From Candidatus Iainarchaeum sp. (GTDB lineage: Archaea > Iainarchaeota > Iainarchaeia > Iainarchaeales > GCA-2688035), in assembly GCA_002688035.1 (NCBI GenBank), contig NZBU01000005.1, forward strand, positions 44,036-108,035: a stretch of DNA of 64,000 bases, read 5' to 3'. Shown here one piece after another: positions 46,059 to 54,542 of the stretch (its first letter is position 1; every line of letters begins with the position of its first letter). The position numbers and the translations under genes are program-made. Below the pieces are notes generated by a model. That model had not been told where the DNA came from and searched no databases. It saw nothing but the letters and a program-made list of their open reading frames with translations.

Positions 46059-46858
46059 GCCTTTTCACCCAAAGCCTTTAACGCATCCTCAGTCCAAACA
46101 ACCAGTCTTCCTGGCTCGCAGCCTGGTGCAAACAATTCAACATTCAAACTGTCAACACCACTTATTTCTACGCCTGGAATGTTCCTCGCTGCCTTGTAAA
46201 CTTTTGCGTTATCCTTTGTAACTATCAAAATGCTTATCTTCTGCTTCTTGGTTCTACCGCGCTGCTTTCCTTTTCCCGCACGTGGCCTTCTCTTTGATTT
46301 CGCGTTCTCCAAATCCACCAAGATATTCAGGGTCTCACAACTCTTTGTAATATCCTTGGTCTTCTCGAAATCTGCAAACTTATCTTCAACAATAATCGGC
46401 AATTTAACTTTTTCATCCAGCACATGCCTTTTTTCAACAAGCTCCCTATTTATTGAAGCACCAATTGCGCTTCTAAGAGCCTTTCTCTTCTCTTTCTTGT
46501 TTATCTCCTCTGCCTGAACCTTCTCGCTCTTTGGCGGATGTGCTCTTACTCCACCCACAGCTTGTGGAACCTTTCCAACTCTTCCATAAAGCAAGTGTCG
46601 CCTATTCTTAAATCTAGGGAGCCTTGCTTTGCCAACGTTAGTTGTTCTCTCTGACTGTGGCAGTGATCTCTTTCCACGCTGCTCAGCAGTATTGTCCCTT
46701 CCAGCCTTCTTTTTTGTGCCCTTTGGCTGTTTTCTCTTGCTTTGAATGCTTAAGACAGCTCGTTTTATGAGCTCTTTGTTCAATGATTCATCAAAAACCT
46801 TTGGAAGCTCTATCTCGCGCAACTGCTTTCCTTCAACACTAAATACTGCGGCCTTCAT
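46055..46858 (-). CDS. rpl4: 50S ribosomal protein L4 (uL4/L1e)
   Basis: GRDNTAEQRGKRSLPQSER..VGGVRAHPPK. Position between rpl3 and rpl23. Confidence 0.93.
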   Translation of the reverse strand: MKAAVFSVEGKQLREIELPKVFDESLNKELIKRAVLSIQSKRKQPKGTKKKAGRDNTAEQRGKRSLPQSERTTNVGKARLPRFKNRRHLLYGRVGKVPQAVGGVRAHPPKSEKVQAEEINKKEKRKALRSAIGASINRELVEKRHVLDEKVKLPIIVEDKFADFEKTKDITKSCETLNILVDLENAKSKRRPRAGKGKQRGRTKKQKISILIVTKDNAKVYKAARNIPGVEISGVDSLNVELFAPGCEPGRLVVWTEDALKALGEKA

Positions 46859-48012
46859 TTCTTCTCACCCTTAACAGCAGCTTGTATCTCGTCTGCAACA
46901 CTCTTCTTCTCTACTTTCTTTTCCTTTTCAATCTCTACTTTATGCAGGAGCTTTTCATCTGTCGCAAGGTTCTTTCCTGTTTCCGGTCTTGTTGCAATAA
47001 AATCGATTCCCTCTATCTTATGCTTTTCACCAGGCAATTTTCTATTGTGCTTTCTGAGTGCGATAACTCTTTTCGAAGGGCCTGGAATAGAGCCGGCTAA
47101 AATAACATAATTGTTCTTCACAACCCCATACTTTGTAAATCCGCTTGCAGGATTAATTCCCTCTCCGTTCTCTCCGAGCCTAAGAATTTTTTTGTTGCAC
47201 TCTGTTCTAGTCTGGTAACCCATTTGTCCTGGGCGTGCAACAGTCCACATTACAGTGCTTGGGTTCCAAGGTCCAATTGAACCGACAACCCTTCTTTTCT
47301 TTGCCTTTGGCCTGTGGACCTTTACACCGAATCTTTTCACAACACCTTGCATTCCTTTTCCTTTGTCAACTGCTTTAACATCAATAAACTCGAGTTCATC
47401 AAAAGCATCTCCAATTACAACATCTTTTCCAAGAACTTCTTTTGCATAAGTAATCTGCTGCTCAACATTTCCGCTTAGAGTAACTTCCATTATATCTGGT
47501 CTTTTCTTTCCAAAGCCGCACAATCCCGGTTGGGTGTGTGCAAGCAGAACAATGCTAACAAGCTTTTCTTTTGCGGCATCAAGGTCTGAAAGAGTTTTTG
47601 CTTTCGTGGTTTCCTTCTTGTCCTTCTTCCCACTTTTCTTCTTAAAATTAGTGATTTTTTTCAACAATGATTTATCAGGCTTTTCAGCAAGAACATCAAA
47701 GCTTGCTGCAAGGCCATAGCTCTTATCAGATTTTGCATAAGCGCGGATTCCAAATACTTTGAGTGGTGGAGTTTCAATAACTGTAACAGGGATGTTTACT
47801 TCTTGCCCGGCTGTTGCTCCCTTTTCATGAGCGTCCTTTCCAAGAATATGTGTCATACCAACCTTGTAACCAAGAAATGTAATTGGCTTTGAAGTTTCTC
47901 CCTCTGCAACAGTAACAGTTGGTGTGGAGCTAAAGCTAGGTGTCTCACGCAGAGCCCGCTTTCTAGGATAGAAAGCCAAGCTTCCCGAACGGGGCTTATG
48001 CTTTTTTGCCAT
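46855..48012 (-). CDS. rpl3: 50S ribosomal protein L3 (uL3)
   Basis: KPRSGSLAFYPRKRA..FLGYKVGMTHI..GKGMQGVVKRFG..GPWNPSTVMWTVARPGQMGY. Confidence 0.96.
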   Translation of the reverse strand: MAKKHKPRSGSLAFYPRKRALRETPSFSSTPTVTVAEGETSKPITFLGYKVGMTHILGKDAHEKGATAGQEVNIPVTVIETPPLKVFGIRAYAKSDKSYGLAASFDVLAEKPDKSLLKKITNFKKKSGKKDKKETTKAKTLSDLDAAKEKLVSIVLLAHTQPGLCGFGKKRPDIMEVTLSGNVEQQITYAKEVLGKDVVIGDAFDELEFIDVKAVDKGKGMQGVVKRFGVKVHRPKAKKRRVVGSIGPWNPSTVMWTVARPGQMGYQTRTECNKKILRLGENGEGINPASGFTKYGVVKNNYVILAGSIPGPSKRVIALRKHNRKLPGEKHKIEGIDFIATRPETGKNLATDEKLLHKVEIEKEKKVEKKSVADEIQAAVKGEKK

Positions 48013-48198
48013 TTATTTTACACCACTATATTTACGACAGATACCATTCTGCCGTCTACAATGCAAAAAAAGCCAATCATTGGGATCCAAAAAATTGGTA
48101 AGATTGGCACTTACATCCAGGCCGGTTTGGCGCAGATGCAGTTTGCGTTCTGAATTAATACTTTCTAAGAAAGAAGGTATTTAAAGCTATCTATGAAC

Positions 48199-48222
48199 CC
48201 CTTTCTGAAAAAAAAGAAAGGG
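48199..48222 (-). terminator. Hairpin with T8 loop downstream of the 67-aa gene
   Basis: Perfect 8-bp stem CCCTTTCT/AGAAAGGG. On the minus strand the loop is TTTTTTTC. It lies about 45 nt past the stop at 48269, just upstream of a TTTAAATA box (48178..48185). Confidence 0.4.
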
Positions 48223-48268
48223 CTTTTCAGTTCCTTTTTATTTTTGGTGAAGCTTTTTTTTAAAAGGT

Positions 48269-48472
48269 TCATTTGAAGAAACTGAAAGCTTGCTGTATGC
48301 TGTTACTTAAAGCAACTACTGGTTGTTTGTAGAAAGCAACTGGCTTTGGCTTAGCTCTTACTGTTCTCTTTATACTAGTTTTCTTTATTCTAGCTGCAGG
48401 AGCCTTTCTGACCTTTGTCTTTCTCTTCATAGCCTTTGTAGTTCTCTTTTTCGCTGTTTTTTGCTTTGCCAT
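48269..48472 (-). CDS. Hypothetical 67-aa highly basic (Lys/Arg/Thr-rich) protein
   Basis: ATG is preceded by GAGGTGA. The N-terminal 45 aa are almost entirely K/R/T/A, and the C-terminus is hydrophobic. No family recognised. Confidence 0.5.
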   Translation of the reverse strand: MAKQKTAKKRTTKAMKRKTKVRKAPAARIKKTSIKRTVRAKPKPVAFYKQPVVALSNSIQQAFSFFK

Positions 48473-48530
48473 AGTATATTCACCTCTTTTAGAGTTGTTT
48501 AGTTTTTAAAAAAATGAGTTCTTTTCCCTC

Positions 48531-50207
48531 TTACTTGAGAAATGTTTGCTTCTTTGTCTTTGGCTGCTTGCTTGCAACGTAAAAAGCGTAAATCAATGCT
48601 ACTGCTGCAACAAGCAATAGGCCTGCGTTGACCGAGTTTGCTCCAAGAACTGCGAATGCGGTTCCCGCGATTGCCTGTAAAACGTCTTCCTGCTCTTCTT
48701 CCTCAGGCTCTACGCTTTCCTCTTCCTCTTCATCATCCACTGGCGCTTGCACAGTGGTTGAAACAATTCTTGTGCTCTTCTTTGTCATGCAGTTGTATGT
48801 TTCGATTTCGTAATTCAGAGTGGTTGGGGTATTGTTAGCGAAAACGCTTATAGTGTAATTATCTTTCTTGAATCCTGCGGGGATAGAGAGTAGTGAAGGT
48901 TCTACTTCCAAACCTTCTCCCTTAAATCTTATTGTTGCCCTGTAAGCGGTATTATTCTCAATATTCAAGCTAATCGTGCTGCCTTGCTGTATTGTCTTGG
49001 TTGCAGGTGCGCTAAAAATGAGTCCTCTGCAGTAATCACTGTATCTTGGGAGTGCTGGCACAACAAATTCTGTCTCTTCTTCCTCTTCAACAACTTCTAC
49101 TTTGAAATCCTCTTCGTTGCCTGAAAGCCTACAACTATCCCCGCCCTGAAAATGGCCTCTAACGGCAATATAAGCCTTATAATCGTCAATCTCCGCGTCC
49201 TCGTAAGCCCTTACTTTTACGCCTATGGTGCCAACGGCTTTTGCAAGTATCTTTTTGTCATAACCGTTGCTCTCTGACCTAATCTCGCTGCTCCTGTCAT
49301 AAACGTCAACAAAATCAACGTAGAATCGCTCGTGTGAATTATTCTCTAAAACAAAGTTCTTTGTAACAGTGTCTCCTCTTTCAACTTCAAGGTTTGAGAT
49401 TCCAATATCAAGGTCGCGGCATTCTCCGCCTCCAACAAATTCTCCGCTTGTGCCATCCTCTATCCTGACTGTGAAACTGTCTTCCTCTGTAGCACTAAAA
49501 GAGCAGCTGCTTCCTGACTGGAAATGTCCTTTTACCTTCACTTTTACACTAACAGTTCTATCGCTGCTTACTTCCTCACTCTCAAGCCTTAGTGTAAGTT
49601 CTCCCTCGTCATCAGCGGGAATTGAAGAATCGTGGTCATCAACATCTACATCAAGCAGACTTGATGATTCCACTATACCAATGTCGTCAACATAAAATCT
49701 CTTGTTTGAATTGTTCTCAATCCTAATATCTTCGAATACAACGTCTTCCTCGTCCATTGTAACGTTGCTTGCCACAACCTCTATGTCAGAGCACTGGTTG
49801 CTCTCGTTCTCAACAGTAACATCAAAGTATTCTGTGCCAATTGCACTAAAACTACAGTATTTGTCGTCATCAAAGCGGCCCCTTACTTTCACAAAGCCCT
49901 CGCTTCCATGGTTGCTGCTTACAGAGAAAGCCCTTATTTTTATTTCAAGGTCTCCCTCATCATTATCTCTTATTGTGTTGTCATAATCTGAAACCGTTAC
50001 AGTGAACTTGCTTGAACTATCTCCTGCATCTATTTCTGTGATATCAAAGTCTTCATCACTTTCATTCTCAATTGTAAAATCAAAATAGTCTGTTGTGCTC
50101 TCTTCAATGGAAACATCATCTAACCTAATGTCAATGTCGTTACAACTAGCAGCATAGCTAAGCATGCTGAACAGTAAGAGGAATCCAATTGCGAGGTGAA
50201 ACTTCAT
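48531..50207 (-). CDS. Secreted repeat-domain surface protein with C-terminal acidic linker, TM and basic tail
   Basis: Parts in order:
- signal peptide MKFHLAIGFLLLFSMLSYAAS
- three 117-130-aa repeats plus a fourth degenerate domain
- DDEEEEESVEPEEEEQED linker
- hydrophobic helix followed by KQPKTKKQ. Confidence 0.7.
   Translation of the reverse strand: MKFHLAIGFLLLFSMLSYAASCNDIDIRLDDVSIEESTTDYFDFTIENESDEDFDITEIDAGDSSSKFTVTVSDYDNTIRDNDEGDLEIKIRAFSVSSNHGSEGFVKVRGRFDDDKYCSFSAIGTEYFDVTVENESNQCSDIEVVASNVTMDEEDVVFEDIRIENNSNKRFYVDDIGIVESSSLLDVDVDDHDSSIPADDEGELTLRLESEEVSSDRTVSVKVKVKGHFQSGSSCSFSATEEDSFTVRIEDGTSGEFVGGGECRDLDIGISNLEVERGDTVTKNFVLENNSHERFYVDFVDVYDRSSEIRSESNGYDKKILAKAVGTIGVKVRAYEDAEIDDYKAYIAVRGHFQGGDSCRLSGNEEDFKVEVVEEEEETEFVVPALPRYSDYCRGLIFSAPATKTIQQGSTISLNIENNTAYRATIRFKGEGLEVEPSLLSIPAGFKKDNYTISVFANNTPTTLNYEIETYNCMTKKSTRIVSTTVQAPVDDEEEEESVEPEEEEQEDVLQAIAGTAFAVLGANSVNAGLLLVAAVALIYAFYVASKQPKTKKQTFLK
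49032..50144 (-). repeat. Three tandem protein-level repeats (aa 22-392) inside the surface protein
   Basis: Each unit starts with Cys (C22, C139, C263) and has a second Cys exactly 96 residues later (C118, C235, C359). Each also has an (I/L)ENxS sequon and a (V/K)(R/K)GxF..C block at matching positions. Confidence 0.7.
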
Positions 50208-50232
50208 GCTATAAAGATTGCTACAGAAGAAG

Positions 50233-50240
50233 TATTTAAA
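50233..50240 (-). promoter_or_regulatory. TATA box (TTTAAATA) for the surface-protein gene
   Basis: The minus strand reads CATTTAAATACTTC, centred about 29 nt upstream of ATG 50207. No SD lies in between, which suggests a leaderless or near-leaderless mRNA. Confidence 0.5.
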
Positions 50241-50287
50241 TGTTTCTATTTAACGTTAATTAGTTAATTAATGGTTATTTTTGAGTA

Positions 50288-53236
50288 CTATCCTTTCATC
50301 ACTGCGAGTGGAACATGCTTACTAACGCTTTTTCCAATGCCTGCAACTTCCACACTCTTTATGACTTCATCAACATCCTTGTAAGCTTCCGGCATCTCCT
50401 CGGCCAAGCCAGGCAGTGATGCACCCATTATCAGTTCGCCTTTTGCCTCAAGTTCTTTCTTAACTTGCTCTCCGCGCTTTCTTCTCAGTGCTTCATGCCT
50501 TGACATTGTTCTGCCTGCTCCGTGCGCCAAACTCCCAAAGGTCTCTTTCAAACCTTTCTCAGTTCCAACAAGCACATAGGATGCTGTTCCCATAGTTCCG
50601 GGTATAAGAGCGGGATGGCCGGTCGAAGTAAAATATTTTGAGTTTTCTGGTCTGCCAGCAGGCATTGCTCTTGTTGCCCCTTTCCTGTGCACCAATAGCT
50701 TCTTCTCCTTTCCATCAATAGTGTGGGTTTCTTCTTTTGCAACATTATGGCAAATATCATAGAGGAGGTCCATTCCAAGCTTCTCGGCGTCTTGCCCTAA
50801 AACTTTTTCAAATACTTCGCGCACCCAATGCAGTATTACCTGCCTGTTGCAGAAAGCATAGTTTACAGCGCACTTCATTGCCTCCAAGTAATCCTGGCCT
50901 TCCTCACTGTTTATTGGCGCACAGCAGAGCTGCTTGTCAGGAACACTAATACCATACTTTGTCATAGCCTTTGTCATCACATTCAAATAATCTGTGGCAA
51001 CCTGGTGTCCAAAGCCCCTGCTTCCACAGTGAATCATTATTGTAATTTGCCCCTCACTCAATCCAAATTTTTTTGCAATCTCGCTGTCAAATACTTTGTC
51101 AACGCGCTGTAATTCCAGGAAATGATTTCCAGAGCCAAGCGTGCCGAACTGTGGCATTCCGCGTTTCATGGCTTTGTCAGAAACCTTATATGCAAGTGCG
51201 CCATCCATTTTACCATTTTCCTCGGTGTGTTCCAAATCTTTTTTCCAGCCAAATCCTTTTTCAACCACGTAGCCAGAGCCTTGTTCAAGGGCCTCTGCTA
51301 ATTCCTCTTTATTTAAACGAAGCTTGCTTTTTTCACCCATTCCAGCCGGAACAGCTCCAAACAATGAATCCAAAAGTTCTTTCAACTTTGGCCTTATGTC
51401 TTTCTCAGTCAAATTGGTTTTAACAAGCCGCACGCCGCAATTGCTTACCACAAAGCAGTTTGCTATGAAATTGTGGTGGTCGCTTGCAACATTGAAATCA
51501 TAAACAGGTTCGTTGAGAGTTATTTCTTCTTTTGAAATTATTTTGTTCCAAACTTGCCCGGTTTTTCCTAATCCTCTTGTCTTTTCCTTTATAAATTCGC
51601 TAAATTTTGGCGATTTAAATGCTATTCTCGGGCCTGTTTTTCTGTCGCCATAAATTGACCTTTCAACAAATCTCAAATTGCAACGTGGATAGGCCTTTTT
51701 GGTTCTGTAATAAATGGCCTTTGCCCCCAGTCCTCTTTTGTGCAATCTTTTGGATTCGGCTTCACATTCTTTTCTTTCTTTAATTATTTTCTGTTTGAGC
51801 CTAAGGTATTGCGCTGCAACCAATCCGAGAAATTGTTTCTCTTTGTTGTATTCGAACCCAATTTTTTCAAAGAATCCGATTAAATTGTGTCCGGCTGATG
51901 ATATTTGCAGTCTCAATCGTATGGATTTTTCACCTTCCTTGTTCACAAACTCATCTCTCTCTCGGATAACGCCGCTTTTTATTCCGAATTCTTTCAAGAG
52001 TTTTGCTATTTGTTTGATGAACTTTCTCCCATTTGCAATATTTGCTTCCCTTTTATTCATAGACAATAATGGGCTTGCTATATTGAAGCCATGCCCTGTT
52101 ACGCTACTTGGGCTGCTTAGCTCTGCCCCAAAAAAGCTTGCCAGATAGAGCCTCTTCATCCATGGTGGTGTGCTAAACAGCCATTTTGGAACCTTGCACT
52201 CTTCAATTGTCTTGTTTCCCGCGGTTGTTCCCAGGCAAAAAAGCAGTGTGGCAAGGGCGCTTGATCCTGTTCTTATAGAATATTCCGTTCTCTCAAATTC
52301 AATCGTATTGTAAGCGGTTTTTATTGAATGTTTTCTTTCTCTTTCATGTACTTTTGATATTTTAAAACCCGCGCTTTCTCCGTCTTCTCGTATCTTTTCC
52401 AAGTCAGCTGGTTTGCCATAAAAAGCAATTTGCCCAGCCCCTTTTTTTGAAAAGCTTAAATGCCCGTCTCCTTGAATAAAACCAAGCAGTTTAATCAAGT
52501 AAGGCAGTTTTTCATTGTTTTCTCTTAGGGGCAGCAATTCTTTCTTTTCGAGTATTTTAATAATTTGGTTTAAGCCGTTTTTGTTTCCGGGATATTTGGC
52601 CTCAATGTCTTTCCTGTTTACAATTATTCTGTTTGAAGGTTCTTCAAAACCGACTCCTTCAAAGGAATAAACTGAAACTTCATCGCCTGCTTTCAATTCT
52701 TTGAGTTTTACCATTCCTTTTTCTGTGAAGAAAGGATGCTCGGCTGTTGCCACAACCTCTTTCCCTGATTCTGTTTCAACCCTAAAAACCTTCCCCCTTG
52801 GCTTGAATTCCATGAACGCATTTATGCCTGTGTCAAGCACTTTGCTTGTTGGGTTCAGGCACTTGATTGAATCCTTGAACCAGGTTTTTTCAAAGTCTTT
52901 TATGGGTTTTGTATAACCCAGTTTGTGAAGAACCCTGGCGTCTCCTTTAAGACAATTAATATCAAATCCAATTCCACCAGGGCTCACGACCCCGGTTTCG
53001 TAATCGATTCCCGCTACTCCCCCAATTGGGAAGCCATAGCCCCAATGCATATCAGCTTGGCCTATAGCATATTTTTGTATTCCGGGAAGTGTGCTTACGT
53101 TTTTCAATTGCTGTATTGCTCCCTTCTCAATTTCATTAAATATTTTATCATTAGCATAAATTCTTGCAGGCGCACCCATGTTACCCTCTTTGGGGTGTCT
53201 CCAAATACCCTCTTCAATCTTCTTGAATTCCATCAA
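50288..53236 (-). CDS. rtcB: RNA-splicing ligase RtcB, interrupted by an intein
   Basis: Exteins (94 + 383 aa) carry RtcB motifs: HWGYGFPIGGV, GGIGFDIN|CGVRL, GSGNHF, HCGSRGFGHQ, HRKGAT, AHGAGR. The total of 982 aa compares with about 480 aa for uninterrupted RtcB. Confidence 0.93.
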   Translation of the reverse strand: MMEFKKIEEGIWRHPKEGNMGAPARIYANDKIFNEIEKGAIQQLKNVSTLPGIQKYAIGQADMHWGYGFPIGGVAGIDYETGVVSPGGIGFDINCLKGDARVLHKLGYTKPIKDFEKTWFKDSIKCLNPTSKVLDTGINAFMEFKPRGKVFRVETESGKEVVATAEHPFFTEKGMVKLKELKAGDEVSVYSFEGVGFEEPSNRIIVNRKDIEAKYPGNKNGLNQIIKILEKKELLPLRENNEKLPYLIKLLGFIQGDGHLSFSKKGAGQIAFYGKPADLEKIREDGESAGFKISKVHERERKHSIKTAYNTIEFERTEYSIRTGSSALATLLFCLGTTAGNKTIEECKVPKWLFSTPPWMKRLYLASFFGAELSSPSSVTGHGFNIASPLLSMNKREANIANGRKFIKQIAKLLKEFGIKSGVIRERDEFVNKEGEKSIRLRLQISSAGHNLIGFFEKIGFEYNKEKQFLGLVAAQYLRLKQKIIKERKECEAESKRLHKRGLGAKAIYYRTKKAYPRCNLRFVERSIYGDRKTGPRIAFKSPKFSEFIKEKTRGLGKTGQVWNKIISKEEITLNEPVYDFNVASDHHNFIANCFVVSNCGVRLVKTNLTEKDIRPKLKELLDSLFGAVPAGMGEKSKLRLNKEELAEALEQGSGYVVEKGFGWKKDLEHTEENGKMDGALAYKVSDKAMKRGMPQFGTLGSGNHFLELQRVDKVFDSEIAKKFGLSEGQITIMIHCGSRGFGHQVATDYLNVMTKAMTKYGISVPDKQLCCAPINSEEGQDYLEAMKCAVNYAFCNRQVILHWVREVFEKVLGQDAEKLGMDLLYDICHNVAKEETHTIDGKEKKLLVHRKGATRAMPAGRPENSKYFTSTGHPALIPGTMGTASYVLVGTEKGLKETFGSLAHGAGRTMSRHEALRRKRGEQVKKELEAKGELIMGASLPGLAEEMPEAYKDVDEVIKSVEVAGIGKSVSKHVPLAVMKG
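51440..52954 (-). mobile_element. 505-aa intein with LAGLIDADG homing-endonuclease domain
   Basis: The insert starts CLKGDARVL and has block B ATAEHPF. It has LAGLIDADG-like motifs LLGFIQGDGHL and YLASFFGAELS. Block F is VYDFNVASDHHNFIAN, and the insert ends CFVVSN immediately before extein Cys. Confidence 0.85.
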
Positions 53237-53241
53237 AACAC

Positions 53242-53664
53242 CTATATATCAACTAATACCTGCGAAATCCATTTATTTTCCTCTTTTCTGACGAAAAAAC
53301 TGTGCCAGGTAACAGCCTTAATCTCGGTTTTTAGGTTGTGTTTCTTTCTGTCCATTTTCTCCCCGTGCAGTTCTGCTTCAAGAGTGTTTTTGGCTTCATC
53401 CAAGTGAGTTATCTCAATTTTGCCAAAAACCATTTCCTTTAGCTCGAGTTCAAGGTGCACAGCCTCAAGAAAGTTATGTAGAAGTTCTTCTTTGTTGTCG
53501 CCGCTTGCATTAACTTTCACAGATTTTTTTGTCTCAACGCTTGCAACATCATATATTACACTTAGCATTGCTTCCGCACTATTAAGCAATAGTTCTTCAA
53601 AATTCTCTCCAAATGCTTGGAAGAGCGCGTCAGCAGTGTGTTCCAAGAATAAGTACTTGTCCAC
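53242..53664 (-). CDS. Archease (RtcB activator)
   Basis: YLFLEHTADALFQAFG N-terminal signature and a C-terminal VTWHSF..VLVDI. It lies immediately upstream of rtcB. Confidence 0.9.
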   Translation of the reverse strand: MDKYLFLEHTADALFQAFGENFEELLLNSAEAMLSVIYDVASVETKKSVKVNASGDNKEELLHNFLEAVHLELELKEMVFGKIEITHLDEAKNTLEAELHGEKMDRKKHNLKTEIKAVTWHSFFVRKEENKWISQVLVDI

Positions 53665-54533
53665 TAGAACACCTTGGCCAGGTCTATTATTTTCACGTAA
53701 TCTTCCAAAGCCTTCTTAGTATATTCATCCATCTTTAGTTCTTTGAGTGCAAGCCTTGGTTGTATCCAAATGCCTTCTGTACCCTCTCGCCCGTCAACCT
53801 TGAATTCTGTGCTCTTTGGCTTGGCCAAGTAGTCAATCATTACAAAGTGCTTTTTCTTGTGAAAGTTCTTTGGAAAAATCGCGTCATGCAGAGTAAAAAG
53901 CTTTTCATCATATATATCCATGTTAGTTTCTTCTTTCACTTCACGGCGCAGAGCTTCAAGCCTATTCTCGCCCACCTCGATATGACCGCCTGGCACGATA
54001 TACAATCCACCCCATTTTGGGCTCTTCATCAAGAATACTTCGTTCTTCTCGTTTAGGATTAGTGCTCCAACCACTACCTCGGGAAAGGGTTGTAGTTCAT
54101 CAAGCTTTCCAACTCGCCTCTTGTGTCTCTCGCCATCTTTCCCAGTTCCTTTAAACTCGCTTTTCAGGAAGGTTTCCACAGCATCAAGGGCCTGCTTTTC
54201 TTCCAGGAGACATCCACCCAAGCAAATTATATTAGCGTTATTGTGCTCGCGAGCCATTTTTGCACTCTCATTGTTCCAGAGTACTGCAGCCCTAACACCG
54301 GAAATCTTGTTTGCGGCAATACTCATTCCAATTCCTGTTCCGCAACAAAGGATTCCAATACTTTCTTTGTTCTCTGCAACCTTGCGCGCAAGCTTTTCAG
54401 CAAAATCAGGATAATCGCAACTTTCCTCGCTTTCGCAGCCCAAGTCCTCTATCTTGTGCTTTCCAGAGAGCTCTTTATTTAGAAATTGCTTTAATTTGAG
54501 TCCGCCGTGGTCGCTTGCAGTAAAAATTTGCAT
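53664..54533 (-). CDS. Fusion protein: ribose-5-phosphate isomerase B (aa 1-146) + Nudix hydrolase (aa 150-289)
   Basis: RpiB part: SDHGG, ILCCGTGIGMSIAANK, ERHKRRV. Nudix box: GGHIEVGENRLEALRREVKEETN. Confidence 0.85.
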   Translation of the reverse strand: MQIFTASDHGGLKLKQFLNKELSGKHKIEDLGCESEESCDYPDFAEKLARKVAENKESIGILCCGTGIGMSIAANKISGVRAAVLWNNESAKMAREHNNANIICLGGCLLEEKQALDAVETFLKSEFKGTGKDGERHKRRVGKLDELQPFPEVVVGALILNEKNEVFLMKSPKWGGLYIVPGGHIEVGENRLEALRREVKEETNMDIYDEKLFTLHDAIFPKNFHKKKHFVMIDYLAKPKSTEFKVDGREGTEGIWIQPRLALKELKMDEYTKKALEDYVKIIDLAKVF

Positions 54534-54542
54534 TGGAATCAG

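Noticed and set aside
48013-48190. Long (~165 nt) 5' leader for the L3 operon, inferred from the TTTAAATA box at 48178..48185.
   Set aside because: A second TATA-like element (TAAATATA, about 48031..48038) lies close to the rpl3 ATG. The transcription start therefore cannot be assigned from sequence alone, and no convincing structured element was found.
50139-50207. Lipobox at the signal-peptide end of the surface protein (..LSYAAS|C).
   Set aside because: The -3 position is Ala rather than Leu/Val/Ile. In addition, the Cys is the first of the repeat-framing Cys pairs (C-x96-C), so it is more likely structural.
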